A stretch of DNA of 64,000 bases, taken from positions 14,322,001 to 14,386,000 of the forward strand of contig JAQFVV010000005.1 of the NCBI GenBank assembly GCA_028023455.1. The letters run 5' to 3'. A model generated the notes under the pieces. That model had not been told where the DNA came from and searched no databases. It worked only from the letters and a program-made list of their open reading frames with translations. The stretch is from Epiperipatus broadwayi. Its lineage: Eukaryota; Animalia; Onychophora. The position numbers and the translations under genes are program-made. Below, one piece after another: positions 25,590-37,849 of this stretch. Within the stretch, counting starts at the first letter, position 1; the number at the start of each line of letters is the position of its first letter.

Positions 25590-27683
25590 TTAAATGAATA
25601 GTATAAAAAGCAAAATGGTGTCATAATTAGTGAAATGACTTGCTTCATGATGGTGCAAAACACTTCTTTCAACAGCCTTGTAATCACATAAAGAACATTT
25701 AAGCATTTTAGTGTTCACCTGCAACTCTTCAGAACAATTTTTGCTTTTATTAATGTCTAACTGCAATGGAGAGTGATTCATATGAATATTTTTATGTTTT
25801 ATCAGATTATGTTCAAATGCAGTTTTATAATTACAGGAATTGCATTGAAGTATATTTTCTGTCATATGAATTTTTTCATGTCTTTCGAAAAGAGATTTTT
25901 CAACGGAACTATAGTTGCATACGCTGCACTGAAAATATTTTATTTCATTTTCAACATGTAACTTTGAATAACTTTTTATAGTAGTACTGTTACTATCTTT
26001 AGTGATCTGAAAAGATTTACCTTTTTTATGCATTATTTCATGTCCTTTTAAACTATTTTTTCTGGCAGTTTTGAAATTACACAAGATACATTGGAAAGGT
26101 TTCTTTACAGTATGAATGATTTCATGAGCTTTTAAAGAATACTTTACAGCAGTTTTATAATCACATATGCCACACCGGAAAATTTTTTTTTCAGTATGAG
26201 TTCTTTCATGCATTTTTAAATGGTATTTTGTAGCTGTCTTATAATCACACAAAGTACAATGAAAAGAATTATCATGAGTATGAATTCTTTCATGTAGTTC
26301 CAAAACTCTTTCTGTTGTTGTTCTATAACTGCACCAAGTACAGCGAAAACATTTTCCTTTTGTATGACTTTTTTCATGTGATTTTAAACATTCTTTTATA
26401 GCAGTCTTGTAGTCACACATGGAGCACTTAAGGAGTTCTCCAGTATGAACTCTTTTATGTTGTTTAAAGAAATAATTTCTAGAAGTTTTGAAATTACACA
26501 AGGTACATTGAAAACGTGCTTTTCCAGTATGACTTATTTCATGTAGTTTTAACCCATATTTTGTGGTTGATTTGTAATCACATAAGAAACAGTGGAAAGG
26601 TTTGTCTCCACTATGAGTCCTTTCATGTAATTGCAAAGATCTTTTGTACATAGTTTTGTAACTGCACTGAGTGCATTGAAAAGGCTTTTCTCCTGTGTGT
26701 GTTCTTACATGTGCTTTTAACTGTCCTTTCATAATAGTTTTGTAATCACAAATAGAGCATTTGAAGAGTTCTCCAGTATGAATTCTTTCATGTTGTTTTA
26801 AAGAGTAATATTTGTAACTCTTGAAATTACACATTAAACACTGAAATGGTTTTGTTTCTGTATGACTCATTTGATGTATCTTTAAACAATATCTTGTTGC
26901 TGTCTTGTAATCACACAAGAGGCAATGAAAAGGTTTATCTCCTGTATGAATTATTTCATGTGATTTTAAAGAACCTTTTGTAGATGTTTTGTAACTACAC
27001 CTAGAACAGTGAAAAGGCTTTTCTCCTGTGTGAATTCTTATATGTACTTTTAAGTTTTCTTTTAAGACACTCTTGTACGTACACATGGAGCACTTGAAAA
27101 GTTCTCCAGTATGAATTTTTTCATGTAGTTTTAAGCAATAATTTGTGGAAGTCTTGAAATTACATATAGAACATTGAAAAGGTTTTGTATCATGTGTTAT
27201 CCCCTGGACTTCTAAATGGTTATTTGTGGTTGCAGTGCCAAGTTTTTCTCCAGTATGAATTCTTTCATGTGATTTTAAAGAACCTTTTGTACTCGCTTTG
27301 TAACTACACCAGCTGCAGTGAAAAGGTTTTTCTCCTGTGTGAGTTCTTCCATGTATGTCTAATTTATATCTTGAATCAGTCTTGTAATTGCACATGAAAC
27401 ACTCAAAAAGTTTTTTTCCTGTGTGAGTTATTTTATGTAATTTTAAAATATTTTTTGTTGCTGTTTTGAAATAACACAAAGTACACTGGAATGATGTTTC
27501 TCCTATATGCGTTAAATTATGCGTTTTTAAATTATCTTTTACAGCAGTTTTATAGTCACATACAAAACATTTGTAGATTTTTTTTCCAAGATGAGTTCTT
27601 TCATGCAGTCTTAAGTAGTATTTTTTAGCACTTTTATAATCACACAACGAACACTGAAAAAGTTTGCTTCCTATATGAATCAT
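25590..27683 (-). CDS. Tandem C2H2 zinc-finger protein, 697 aa, 22 intact fingers plus 2 degenerate (copy B); no KRAB, ZAD or BTB domain visible
   Basis: Uninterrupted 2094-bp ORF of Cx2C-x12-Hx3H repeats (CxxCxYKT type) with TGEKPF-like linkers. The true start or an upstream exon is not established. Confidence 0.93.
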   Translation of the reverse strand: MIHIGSKLFQCSLCDYKSAKKYYLRLHERTHLGKKIYKCFVCDYKTAVKDNLKTHNLTHIGETSFQCTLCYFKTATKNILKLHKITHTGKKLFECFMCNYKTDSRYKLDIHGRTHTGEKPFHCSWCSYKASTKGSLKSHERIHTGEKLGTATTNNHLEVQGITHDTKPFQCSICNFKTSTNYCLKLHEKIHTGELFKCSMCTYKSVLKENLKVHIRIHTGEKPFHCSRCSYKTSTKGSLKSHEIIHTGDKPFHCLLCDYKTATRYCLKIHQMSHTETKPFQCLMCNFKSYKYYSLKQHERIHTGELFKCSICDYKTIMKGQLKAHVRTHTGEKPFQCTQCSYKTMYKRSLQLHERTHSGDKPFHCFLCDYKSTTKYGLKLHEISHTGKARFQCTLCNFKTSRNYFFKQHKRVHTGELLKCSMCDYKTAIKECLKSHEKSHTKGKCFRCTWCSYRTTTERVLELHERIHTHDNSFHCTLCDYKTATKYHLKMHERTHTEKKIFRCGICDYKTAVKYSLKAHEIIHTVKKPFQCILCNFKTARKNSLKGHEIMHKKGKSFQITKDSNSTTIKSYSKLHVENEIKYFQCSVCNYSSVEKSLFERHEKIHMTENILQCNSCNYKTAFEHNLIKHKNIHMNHSPLQLDINKSKNCSEELQVNTKMLKCSLCDYKAVERSVLHHHEASHFTNYDTILLFILFI

Positions 27684-27689
27684 TGTTAT

Positions 27690-28150
27690 TTCAAATTATC
27701 TTCTCTGGCTAACTTGGTTTACTGCAAATTTTTTTTTCCTGTACAAATTCCTCAGATTGTTTGTAAACTGTTTTCCACCAATTTTGTAGTCACATGTGAA
27801 GCATTTTAAAAGATTTCTCCAGTACATATTCTTATAAATATATGTAATGGCTGACTAATATCTGTCCTGTAACTATCTAAAGTGCAGTAAAAGTTTTTTT
27901 GCCTACACCAATATATTTGCTTAATGGTAATCCATATTTTACCATTGTCATGTAATTATATCCATTATAATAGAAAATATTTTCTTACAATATTAAGCAT
28001 TACATCTGTAGTTTAATTTTTTTTTTTGAGAAATCTTGTTGTGGTTTATGGAACACATGAAAGGTTTTATCCAATAAGAATTCCTTTATGTACTTTTAAA
28101 TAAAATTTTATAACACAATCCTATCTGCAGCAAATTCAATAAAAAGCTTT
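27690..28150 (-). pseudogene. Eroded zinc-finger repeats immediately 5' of the intact ORF
   Basis: The minus strand gives TGE..F KCFTCDYK and AREDNLK* fragments out of frame with the ORF. Confidence 0.7.
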
Positions 28151-29758
28151 TTTCCAACTCTATTTTATAATTTTTTTAATATTAGGAATAAAATTGATTA
28201 GCACATTACAAAACTTTTACCTATAAAATAGCTTTTTTTATCATTTTAAAACTTTTAAAATAAAGACATACACACTTTGATATTTTAAAAGCAATTTCTT
28301 CAACAGCTTTCCAATTTTACAAATAACTAGAAATAGTAAAAAAAAACAGCAAGTCTTATTCCTTCAAAAAATTATTAGACAGTGAAAATTCTGCTATTAA
28401 TAGAAACACAAACATTGTAGCTGGAGGCTTTCTTTTTTTCCAGATAAAACTTCCAGTCAACCTAAACAAAAAATAATAATAATTATTTCATCATCATCAT
28501 TTTAGGAAAACTGAATGTATCATGTTAACTGAAAATACTTTAAATTCTCATAAAAATGTAAAGAATCACGTATGCAAATGAAATACATTAAAATTAAATA
28601 TAAATTCAATGAGTGCAGGTATATATAAGATTTTACAGTTCAAAAAAATGTTATATAAAATATATTCAAACACATAAAAACTGAAAAAAAATATAAAACC
28701 ATCTGTCATAAAAACAATATATTTTTAACACATAAGAAAACTAATGTAACATTTTCTTTTCATTTTCATATAAAATTATAAAGAGATGGCAAAAAGTATC
28801 TAAATAAAAGCTGATATCAGTTTCATTCAAAAATTAAATGTTAAACTGAATTTAATTTGGATCAATTTATTGTCATCTAATAAGTTTAAAGCTGCTAATG
28901 AGGTAACATTTTATAATTCACAGATAATCTTTTTCATGTTCATTTGCACTCAAAAGCAAACAAATGTAAATGATAAAATATTATAAAGCAAAGAGTTTAA
29001 AAAATTACAATTGTACACCCACACAAATGAATTGTTTTTTGGAAAAAAAATTCAACTTTTATGAAGATCATTTTATGCACATAAAGCATCAACAAATAAA
29101 TCATGTTATTCTAATAATTCTTCACAAAATACTTATTTATAAACATAACTTTGGCAGGCTGAGCAAAAGCACCATGTCCCACTCAACCAAATTATTGAAA
29201 TATTCAAGAAAGATAAGTTGAAAGGTAAAAAAGATGATCAAATAAAATACATTGGAAACAAACAAATGAATACTTACACACACACAAAAGACAACAGAAA
29301 AAATTATAGCCAGTAAACAGCAAACCAAAGTAATGCAAACGTCAACTTCTATTCAAATCTCAGTATGTACCAAAGTAATTTAGTGAGTACCACAAACAGA
29401 AAATCAACAGCCAAAATGTCACATCTAGACAATGACTGGTAAGAAGTATGTTTTATGCTTAATATTTTTTGTAACTATTGAGTTTATGAGTAGTACTATC
29501 ATTATTTAGCATGTTATATTTCCCATGGTCAAATCATCACTACATGGATATATTCCAACTACAAGTATTTCACTATTTTTGAGAGATGACTAAGTTCATT
29601 CAATGGTTTTCAATGAATAATTATATTTGAACTTTTAATCTAGCTTTTCTGATCTTTACTCTTCTTTCTATCACACTAGCAAATTTTCTTATCTCATTCT
29701 TATGATCTTTTGCTAGGTATGGTTGAAGAATCCAAATATCTATTTATGATCAATTATT

Positions 29759-31381
29759 TAATGTTCTGATATTTTGCGATATTTCCACACTTAATTCTAA
29801 CGCTTCAACAATTCAATTGATTTACTGTAACTCTAACACTTAAGTTATTTACTGTAGCTAGTGCTTTCATTTTCAAAATTATGCAAATCAGGATTACCAT
29901 TTCTTGGAGATGGCATAAGCCTCTTTGATTTTTCTCAACTCATGTCGCTCTTTGCACACCACGCGAGAATTATCTGGGATGCAAGGGTGGCCTGTTGTAG
30001 CCTTGTGCTGTGCAAAGATGGAAGGGTGGGAGATGTCTGCAAGCAGCTTATTGTAGGCGTACTTGTGTGAACAGAAGCTCTGATCTTCTCATAATATGTA
30101 GCGCAACAGTTGTTTTCTGGGCAAGCTATTTTATACACTGCCTGCTGTGTGTATATTGGAGGGAGTTGATCTTTAATGTTATTGATGCATCTATTGAAAT
30201 TGGGAGGGGATCAATAACATATGCTAAAATTGTTGTGAAAAATTGTTTGTAGATTTGTGTATGTTTTTAAAATATCGCAGCAAGATTCTGGTTCTGTTCT
30301 GCCTGTCAGCAAGGTTGGGAGGGTTTTTAAAACCTCTGATTATCTTGTCGATTGATCTTTTATTATATCTGGCTTTTATTAACTCGTCCCTAAATCTTTC
30401 AATATTCGCTTTTTTATCAGCTTCAAAACTACACAGTCTGGACTTTCCTATTCAGAAATGTTTTCAGGCCTGCCAGTTTGTAAATGTTGGGTGCATTTGA
30501 CAAATGGTGGATGTGGCCTCTTATGTTGATAGATTTGATGAGCATTTTATGGTAGAAACGTTGATCCTCAATTCCCAACTGTAAATCTAAATATTTAACA
30601 CAGCCACCGATTTCCTCTTGTGCAACGTTTATGATAAATCCCGAGGCAGTTTTTAACTCTGTGATTATATCTTCCATGGTCTCTTCCGATGCTGCTATGA
30701 GAATATCTACGTAGCGGGTGTATAGTATCAAGTCATTGCTTAAGTGTCTGGGTATGATGATCTGTTCATATGCATTAAAAACACTAGCTACAATCCCACT
30801 CATTAAAAGACCCATAGGCCAACCGTTATGCATGTAGTGCCATTGTTGGTTGAATACGGCATACATGTTTTTATCCAGCCACCTTAGGAGTGTTTCAGCA
30901 AATTGTACACGTTGTTGATTCATACCATGTCTAATCAATTTTTTCACATTAGTTATAGATTTTGGTCTATCAATAGAGACATACAGTTCTGCAATGTCTA
31001 AGGCTGCCATATGTGTATCCTGTGTTGGAGAGACGTTCTTCAGATTGCTTACAAATTCAAAGAATGACTTTATCCCATAATCTCCAAAGCTTAATGTCTA
31101 CGTGAGCCAAGTATTTATAAGTGTGGCTGCTTTATAATAATGAACTCCACCAAAATCAATCATTAGACGCAGTGGCACACTGTCTTCATGTGTTTTGGAA
31201 TTGGAAAACATTCTAGGCAGAATGGTGGAAGACGGATACATCTGATAGTATTCTGCCTTGGAAAAAGCTTTAACTATGAATGGTCTAAGCACTGCTGACA
31301 CAAACTTATCTCTATTCAATTTAAAATTGAGATCAGCATTAGAATTAAGTGTGGAAATATTATCACAAAATATCAACATTA
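29759..31381 (-). mobile_element. Penelope-like retroelement (RT plus GIY-YIG, disrupted) bounded by a 45-bp inverted repeat
   Basis: ORF 31098-31403 contains LPRMFSNSKTHEDSVPLRLMID. ORF 30429-31010 contains AALDIAELYVSI, GWPMG, RYVD and KYLDL. ORF 29935-30138 begins MYKIACPENNCCATY, and a shifted frame gives VVCKERHELRKIKEAY. The inverted repeat is 29759-29803 / 31336-31381. Confidence 0.9.
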
Positions 31382-33999
31382 CATATATATATACCACACA
31401 CATTTAATAGTTCAATTATTTAAGTAATATGTATAGCTGAAATCTATTTGAGTTTCCTGATTTTATATATATATACATTTGATCTCTCAAACATTTACTT
31501 TGTTCCTTATTATTACCAAAATATAACTCCATATTTTGTTGTGTAGTCTGAAGTTAATGTTATGATTCTTCTGATAAGTATCTGAAGTCCCAGATCCATG
31601 TACATGAACTGCTAAAATCCTTCTATTAAAAAACTTTTTTGACATATCATTATTTTCTCTCAATATTGGAGTATTTTTATAAAAAAAAAAATCCATCTAA
31701 GTTTAGTTCTGTTACTAATAATCTGACCAAAATATTTGTAAACTTTTTTTAATTTATGATAATCAATCTGAATTTTTTTCTGGAAGAAGCATTTGATATG
31801 AATTTGAGTCTTTTCAGCATTTCTTTAATTGTCTTGTTTTTATCTGATAATTTTTGTACTATTTTCTGAAGCTTTGAAGCAATCTTTAAAAAAACACTAC
31901 CTTAAAAATCTAGATAACTAAGTGTGTTAAATTTTAATCTGTTAGCTTCTCATTGTAAAAACTAAAAAATTTTTCTTGCAAAACTATATTTAGTAAAATA
32001 AATGTTATACTCAATATATCCAGAGCCATTCAGAAATTCATATTTTTCAGCTCTTTAATGGGAAAGGGGAAGGTATTTTTCTCCTTGTGGCTCTTCAAGT
32101 GGGGGGTAAACAAAATGGCTGTTAAAAATTTGCTGATCCCTGATCTACAATAAGAGAAGTATTATATCTGACTAATGACTATATTACATTTTGTAAAGTT
32201 TATAATCCAAAATTTGTGAAGTATAAAATAAAATATGAATTTATATTATTTTAAAGATTGAGTTATTAAAAGGGATTAGTAGCTATATTTATAAGCAGAA
32301 TGAGAATAGAATAAACTGTTCTATGCTGATTGTTCAGATAAAAAAAAGTCTATCTATATAAGGCTGCATTTTAGAGAACTAATTACTGTAAGGATAAAGA
32401 AAGATTCGGAAATTCATATTATGTTCAGTCCTTCCAGGAGGAAAGGAGTTTAATCACAGAGATTTATATTCTGTATGTAAGAAATTGACATAAAGCATAT
32501 TATGCTTTCTTTAAGCCTTAAGGTTCAAATCGTATGAATTAGATCTGCATGATTATAGAATTATTAGAATATACAAAGGGCCAAAAGATCTATCAATGAT
32601 TGTTTGCAGTTTTTAATTTATTATTTTTTCCAAATCACTAATAAATAAAATTTGTTCCTTCACATAGTAGCTAAGGTTTAATGTAAATATTTCCGATTCA
32701 TGAATCTTAAAACTTCCAATTAAAACAATTGTCATTAGAGCTAATTTATATGTATGTAATAAAAAATTCTCATCTGTGAAATTTGGCTTAAAACAATATT
32801 AATAACTTAACTTAAATATTAAACAATATTAATAACTTTTTTTTTTTTACTAGTGTATTTATTTAATCCTCCTTTTTATGGCGTTTGATACACAATATAG
32901 ATTTTTAATAGTTGCATTTTAAAAAAATATTTTGACATTTACATTTAGAAGAGTAATCGTCAATATACTGTACATATAAAATTTAACATAATGAAATCAG
33001 ATTACGAAAAAGGACAACACATTTCGATTTTAAAAATGCCACATATAACGTTAGGCGCGTTATTCTCAGCGGCTTATAATAAATACAGTAAGTAAATAGT
33101 ATTTAAAATAAAACCATTGAAAATATTTAAAACTAATTTTATAAAAAAATTCATTATTACCTAAAGAATAGTTGAGTGTATATGAAACAAACAATAAAAA
33201 CTTTTGCTAAAGAATAATAAGTCTAATTCTCATTTTTTCACAAATAGAATGAAGGTATATGAAAATGTCAAAACTAATATTTTTAATCACGTGATGCTGC
33301 ACCGTTATTTATTAAGCCTAGCAATTTTTTTCTTTAAAGATGAATCCTTTTACCAATTCTGAAATATTTGATTTGTTTTTCTTCGACTATGACTATTTAA
33401 TACAAGATTTAATGTTCTCATGAATCTTAAATGATATACCGTATATGTAAAAAAAAAATTTTTTTAAATTTTGATTTAGATATAAATGCTTTTGTTTTTT
33501 GCGCGGGAACAATAGTATAACAGATTTCAAAACTTCCCGGAAAAATTATTTACTTTCAGATAAGATAAATTATATTTTCATTTATCTTAAGAATAAATTG
33601 AGATATATTTTCCTATGTTGAGTGTCAACAAAAGCTTAGATATCTAATTTAGAACTTTCGCGGCTATTTACATGCTTTAGCTTTAGACGTTTCCAGTGAA
33701 ATACTTCTGAGCTTTATAATAATTTTGAAACTAAAATAGTTATATTACCTATTAAACGATAAATCCGTGTAGACCAAAGCAGCCTAGTAGTGAAAGCCAT
33801 TGACTTTTTAGTTAGTAAACATAAAGGCTTGAATGCTTTCCGTTCGCGATTTACCTTTATACATGAATAACTAGTTAATTCCAATATTTGTTATGGTACA
33901 AATTAAACGAAGGTATATTATTTTGCCTCTATATTATTTTATTTCATAGATTTATTTATGTCCATTATGCGTTAATAATTGTTACAATTCCATGGTTTA

Positions 34000-34480
34000 A
34001 TAATTGTCTCAACTGGAAAATAAATAGTTAAGTAGTTCATCATTTTCAAACCTCAAATTACTGGAAGATAGTTCTACAAGTATAATCCGATTTTTTTTAT
34101 TCATAGCTTCTTTTATCCAAATGATACCAAGAAATATTTCATTTATCCATGTCATATGTGATCTCTTTCTAAGTATTTTAGGAGTCTTTTAGAATGTAAT
34201 GTAAAAGTTAATTTGACCATCGACCATTTCATTTTGCAATATATCTGGTCTCCATTTACGTCTTAATTTTTTTAATGATGCCAGTAATAATTGTTTGTTC
34301 TCTCACCCATCTCTTTAGTTATTGATCTCTTATTACTCCTATCCTATATTTCCCTCTATTTTGTGAATAGTTTAAAATCTCTCAATTGCTCTTCTGATAA
34401 GTGTTAAATTTTTGATCCATATGTAATAACTAATGTAACATATATCAAAAACTCTTCTCAAACACAGCCATTGTTTCTTT
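34000..34480 (-). mobile_element. RTE-type LINE C-terminal remnant
   Basis: The minus strand gives fragments such as NLTLIRRAIERF, in the order expected for 'TYGSETWTL...RAMER...KWRWAGH'. Very decayed. Confidence 0.45.
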
Positions 34481-35414
34481 TAACCCTTAAACCGCTAATT
34501 AAATCATTGGTTGTATGAGATAAAAATCAAATCTTTTAATTGGCCAACTCACAAACTGAAGACAAAGCCTATTGTTAAAACATATTCGTCTATAATATTA
34601 AATTCAACTCAGATACGTTTATAAAAAGTATATAATTAATTTTTCAGGTCATGAAGAAAACGAAAGTTCTTTCAAAAATAAATTGCTATTTATTTATTCT
34701 AAGATATTCTATATCGGCAACATAAAAGTTATAATGTAAACAAAAAGATCGACTTTTACGTTATAGAAAAGTAAATATTTCTTTTTACTACATCTTCAAT
34801 ATATTTACTTAAATCTTCAATATTTTTCGAAAATAATTTTGTTTTTTTATTATTCTCTCTGAAAATTATGTTTAATTTCCATAAATATTATTTAATAATA
34901 ATTTAAATCGTATTCGAAATGAAAATCTCAGCGTTTTTCTTTATTTTCTTTGATCAGGCAGTTTCTTTGTTCTTTCCAGCCAATCAGAATGTCTTTTTCG
35001 GCTGAGAGCATGCTAAGAACCAATCACAAATAATGTTCCTTCTTTGTTTAGGTTTAAAATGCGTTTTTTTTTATTTTTTACTTCTAAAATAAATCGGAAG
35101 ATGTCACCATCGTACAGAACTTTTAAAAACGAATTAAATACGTATTTAACGAATTTTATCGTATAAAAACGAACTAAGTTAGAGTGATTTTAGATGTCGA
35201 CGAGGAGTCTCGTCGAGCGCGGGAATACTGCCATTTTTTACTTAAAGTACTCCATCCAAGTTTAATACTATGATTAATTTTATTTATTATGTTTCTATCT
35301 TTTAATAATTTCCAAGATCTTTGTAATTTTAAGTTCGAATTCAGAATTATCAATCTGTTTTCTTCTGAGAAAATCAATTGAACATTTAGACATTTTAGCA
35401 CCCCCATCTGACAT

Positions 35415-37740
35415 TTATAATAGAACATTATTTTTCTAATAGAAGTTGTTAGAGAATTTCTTATTCTAAAAGTTTATTTAGATTGTTTTATCTTTATCTT
35501 GCAGTAACATTTAATATTCAACACTTCATTTTTACCAATTATTAAATGATCACCTTTTAATCTGAAAAACATAAAAATGGGTTGGAAACATGAACTTTTA
35601 TTTATAATGTGATTCTATTTCTTTATAGTCCTTCTCTTCTTAACATTATCTATTGACATCTCAGGTCATTATTAAACACTTTACATATTTACAGAATTCA
35701 TGTTTTTTCCCACACTTTACATATTTACAGAATTCATGATTTTTCCCGATCTTGTTAATTTTTGTTTCTTCCATTATTGTATTTTGTCATAACATTTTGG
35801 AAATTTTCCTTAAATACATCTTTATTTGAATTAATTCATATACATATATTTATGCTTATTTCATGTCCAATAAGTCTGAAAATTATTTATTAATATTCCT
35901 ATTTAATTTTACATTTCTTTCTTGTTTTAACTTGATTTTTTTTTAAAGGTTGATAATTCTATCATTAACAAAATATAATAGTAATCTTTATTATATCTAA
36001 ATCAGCATATACAATTCTTAATATTCATTGTACATCAATTTTCAATCAAAACAGCCAATTGAAATAATCTTTTCCAAGTATAAAATCTTGAAAAATTTTG
36101 AACTGAGCTCATTAATATTGTATGATTTTCTCTACAGAAACTTATTAACTTTTGATTTTTTTAATCCTAATTTCATAAAGTTTTATCAGACTTTCTGTTT
36201 AAGTATAGCTAATGAATCCATACCAATTCGACAATAGTTAGTAAAATACATATATTTTTGAGTAAAGATTATATCCTTTAAATTATCACCACTTAAGAAA
36301 ACATTTTCACTGATCTGGAAAAGAATGTTAAAAAGAATTTTTTTCTGCAATTCAGCTATTCAATAATTATTGATACTTCAATCTAAAAATAAATATAAGC
36401 TTTATTATGTATATAAACTATCCTTGATATCAATAAAATATTAGAAAATGATATTAAACACAAAGTGCTTATAATTGAAATTTAGTCAAATTTTGACCAA
36501 TAGAATTATATATATATTTAATAATTTTATAAATGCAATATTACGTACTATAGATTGCTCAGCTAATGTTTTCATATGTAAACATGTTCCTTTCCAGATA
36601 ACAAACTTGCTGACTAGTGAGACATTCAGAAAAATTACCAATTTTCAGATGTATGCCTGATAATATTTTCTGATAAATGAACTTGTCTGTGAAAAATAAA
36701 TTTAGAACAATCAAGTGATTCCAGTGAATTGAATGTCCAGTCAAAAGAAAATAAAATGCTTAACCTATTAAATATAAACAACCATATGACCAAGCAATAT
36801 TGTAATTCTTGTGTGCTTAGAGTCTTCTAAATAACTGATCTATTCTAAACCTGGAGTGCATCATTTTGTCAGGACAATAATACAAAATCATATTCCAACC
36901 CAGCAATGGCCATCAAATCTTAGCATAAACATTTCAGTTATAAATCTTACCACTCGAATTAATAGATGTAGCATAGTAATTTGATGGGTTGAGAAGTTTC
37001 AAATTTCTAGTTTATTCTGTAATTAGATTGAACTAGGTGTTCTATATATCATATTTTACAGGGCTTGAAAAAATTTATGATTATTTCTAAATAATTCACT
37101 ATTTATGATTCATGAACAAACTATTCCTCACTTATTCTGCTTAAGGGAAGGAACAGTACATGCTCAAGAATAGTGATATTTAAAATAGCCATAGCTATCA
37201 TATCATGAATACTAACCAAAGTAGAGAAAAATTATTGCAGATTAATAAAGAAGTTCTAGTTTCAATGACAGCATTAAAAAAATTTCTATATAAAAAATTG
37301 TCCACCTTAAAAATTGGGAAAAAGCCATTGCTATACATCCTGGCAACAGGATCTCACCCAACATATTTCCTCATATGCAATAGTAGTTTAGCCTTTTGTC
37401 TACATACACTTATAAACTAAAGGACAAAAAAGACATATTTACCAATCATATACTCTGATCATATAGCTTGGTAAAGGTCCAAGGAGTCAAATCATAATAG
37501 AATTACCACAAATAGTTTACCTAGTAATGAAAGGCTGCAAAAAAGCAATGACCCATTAATATGGAAATTGTTCTGGTTATCAGCCATTCGTAAAATGAAT
37601 TTTTTTGAGATAGACAAATAAGCCAAAGCAGCTTCACAAATCACTCTAGTGCAGATTAAGGGCTCTCAACTGAAAGTAAGTGCATCACTTAATGCATGAG
37701 TGACATTAGTATTTTTCAAATTGTATTTTTATTTTTTTGA
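35415..37740 (-). mobile_element. Degenerate LINE ORF2, copy 2 of duplicated block
   Basis: Collinear with 18961-21200; both contain attaaatgatcac...tttaatctgaaaaacataa...tggaaa. Translates IFMFFRLKGDHL. Confidence 0.55.
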
Positions 37741-37849
37741 GTAAATGTAAATAAGTAAATATTCACATAATAATGACGTGTGCTATTTTTATTAATAACT
37801 CTTTTTTTTTTAAAATTGTGTATTATAATTTTAATTTATATATAGCATT

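Noticed and set aside
25766-27397. Plus-strand ORFs 25766-25981, 25773-25961 and 27185-27397
   Set aside because: Antisense shadows of the ZF ORF with no independent coding signal.
32100-32143. hAT MITE (ttgctgatccctg end)
   Set aside because: Only one TIR-like end was seen, with no partner or TSD.
35197-35216. GC-rich hairpin tcgacgag-gagt-ctcgtcga as a piggyBac or Helitron terminus
   Set aside because: No matching opposite TIR, TTAA pair or CTRR end could be found; left unassigned.
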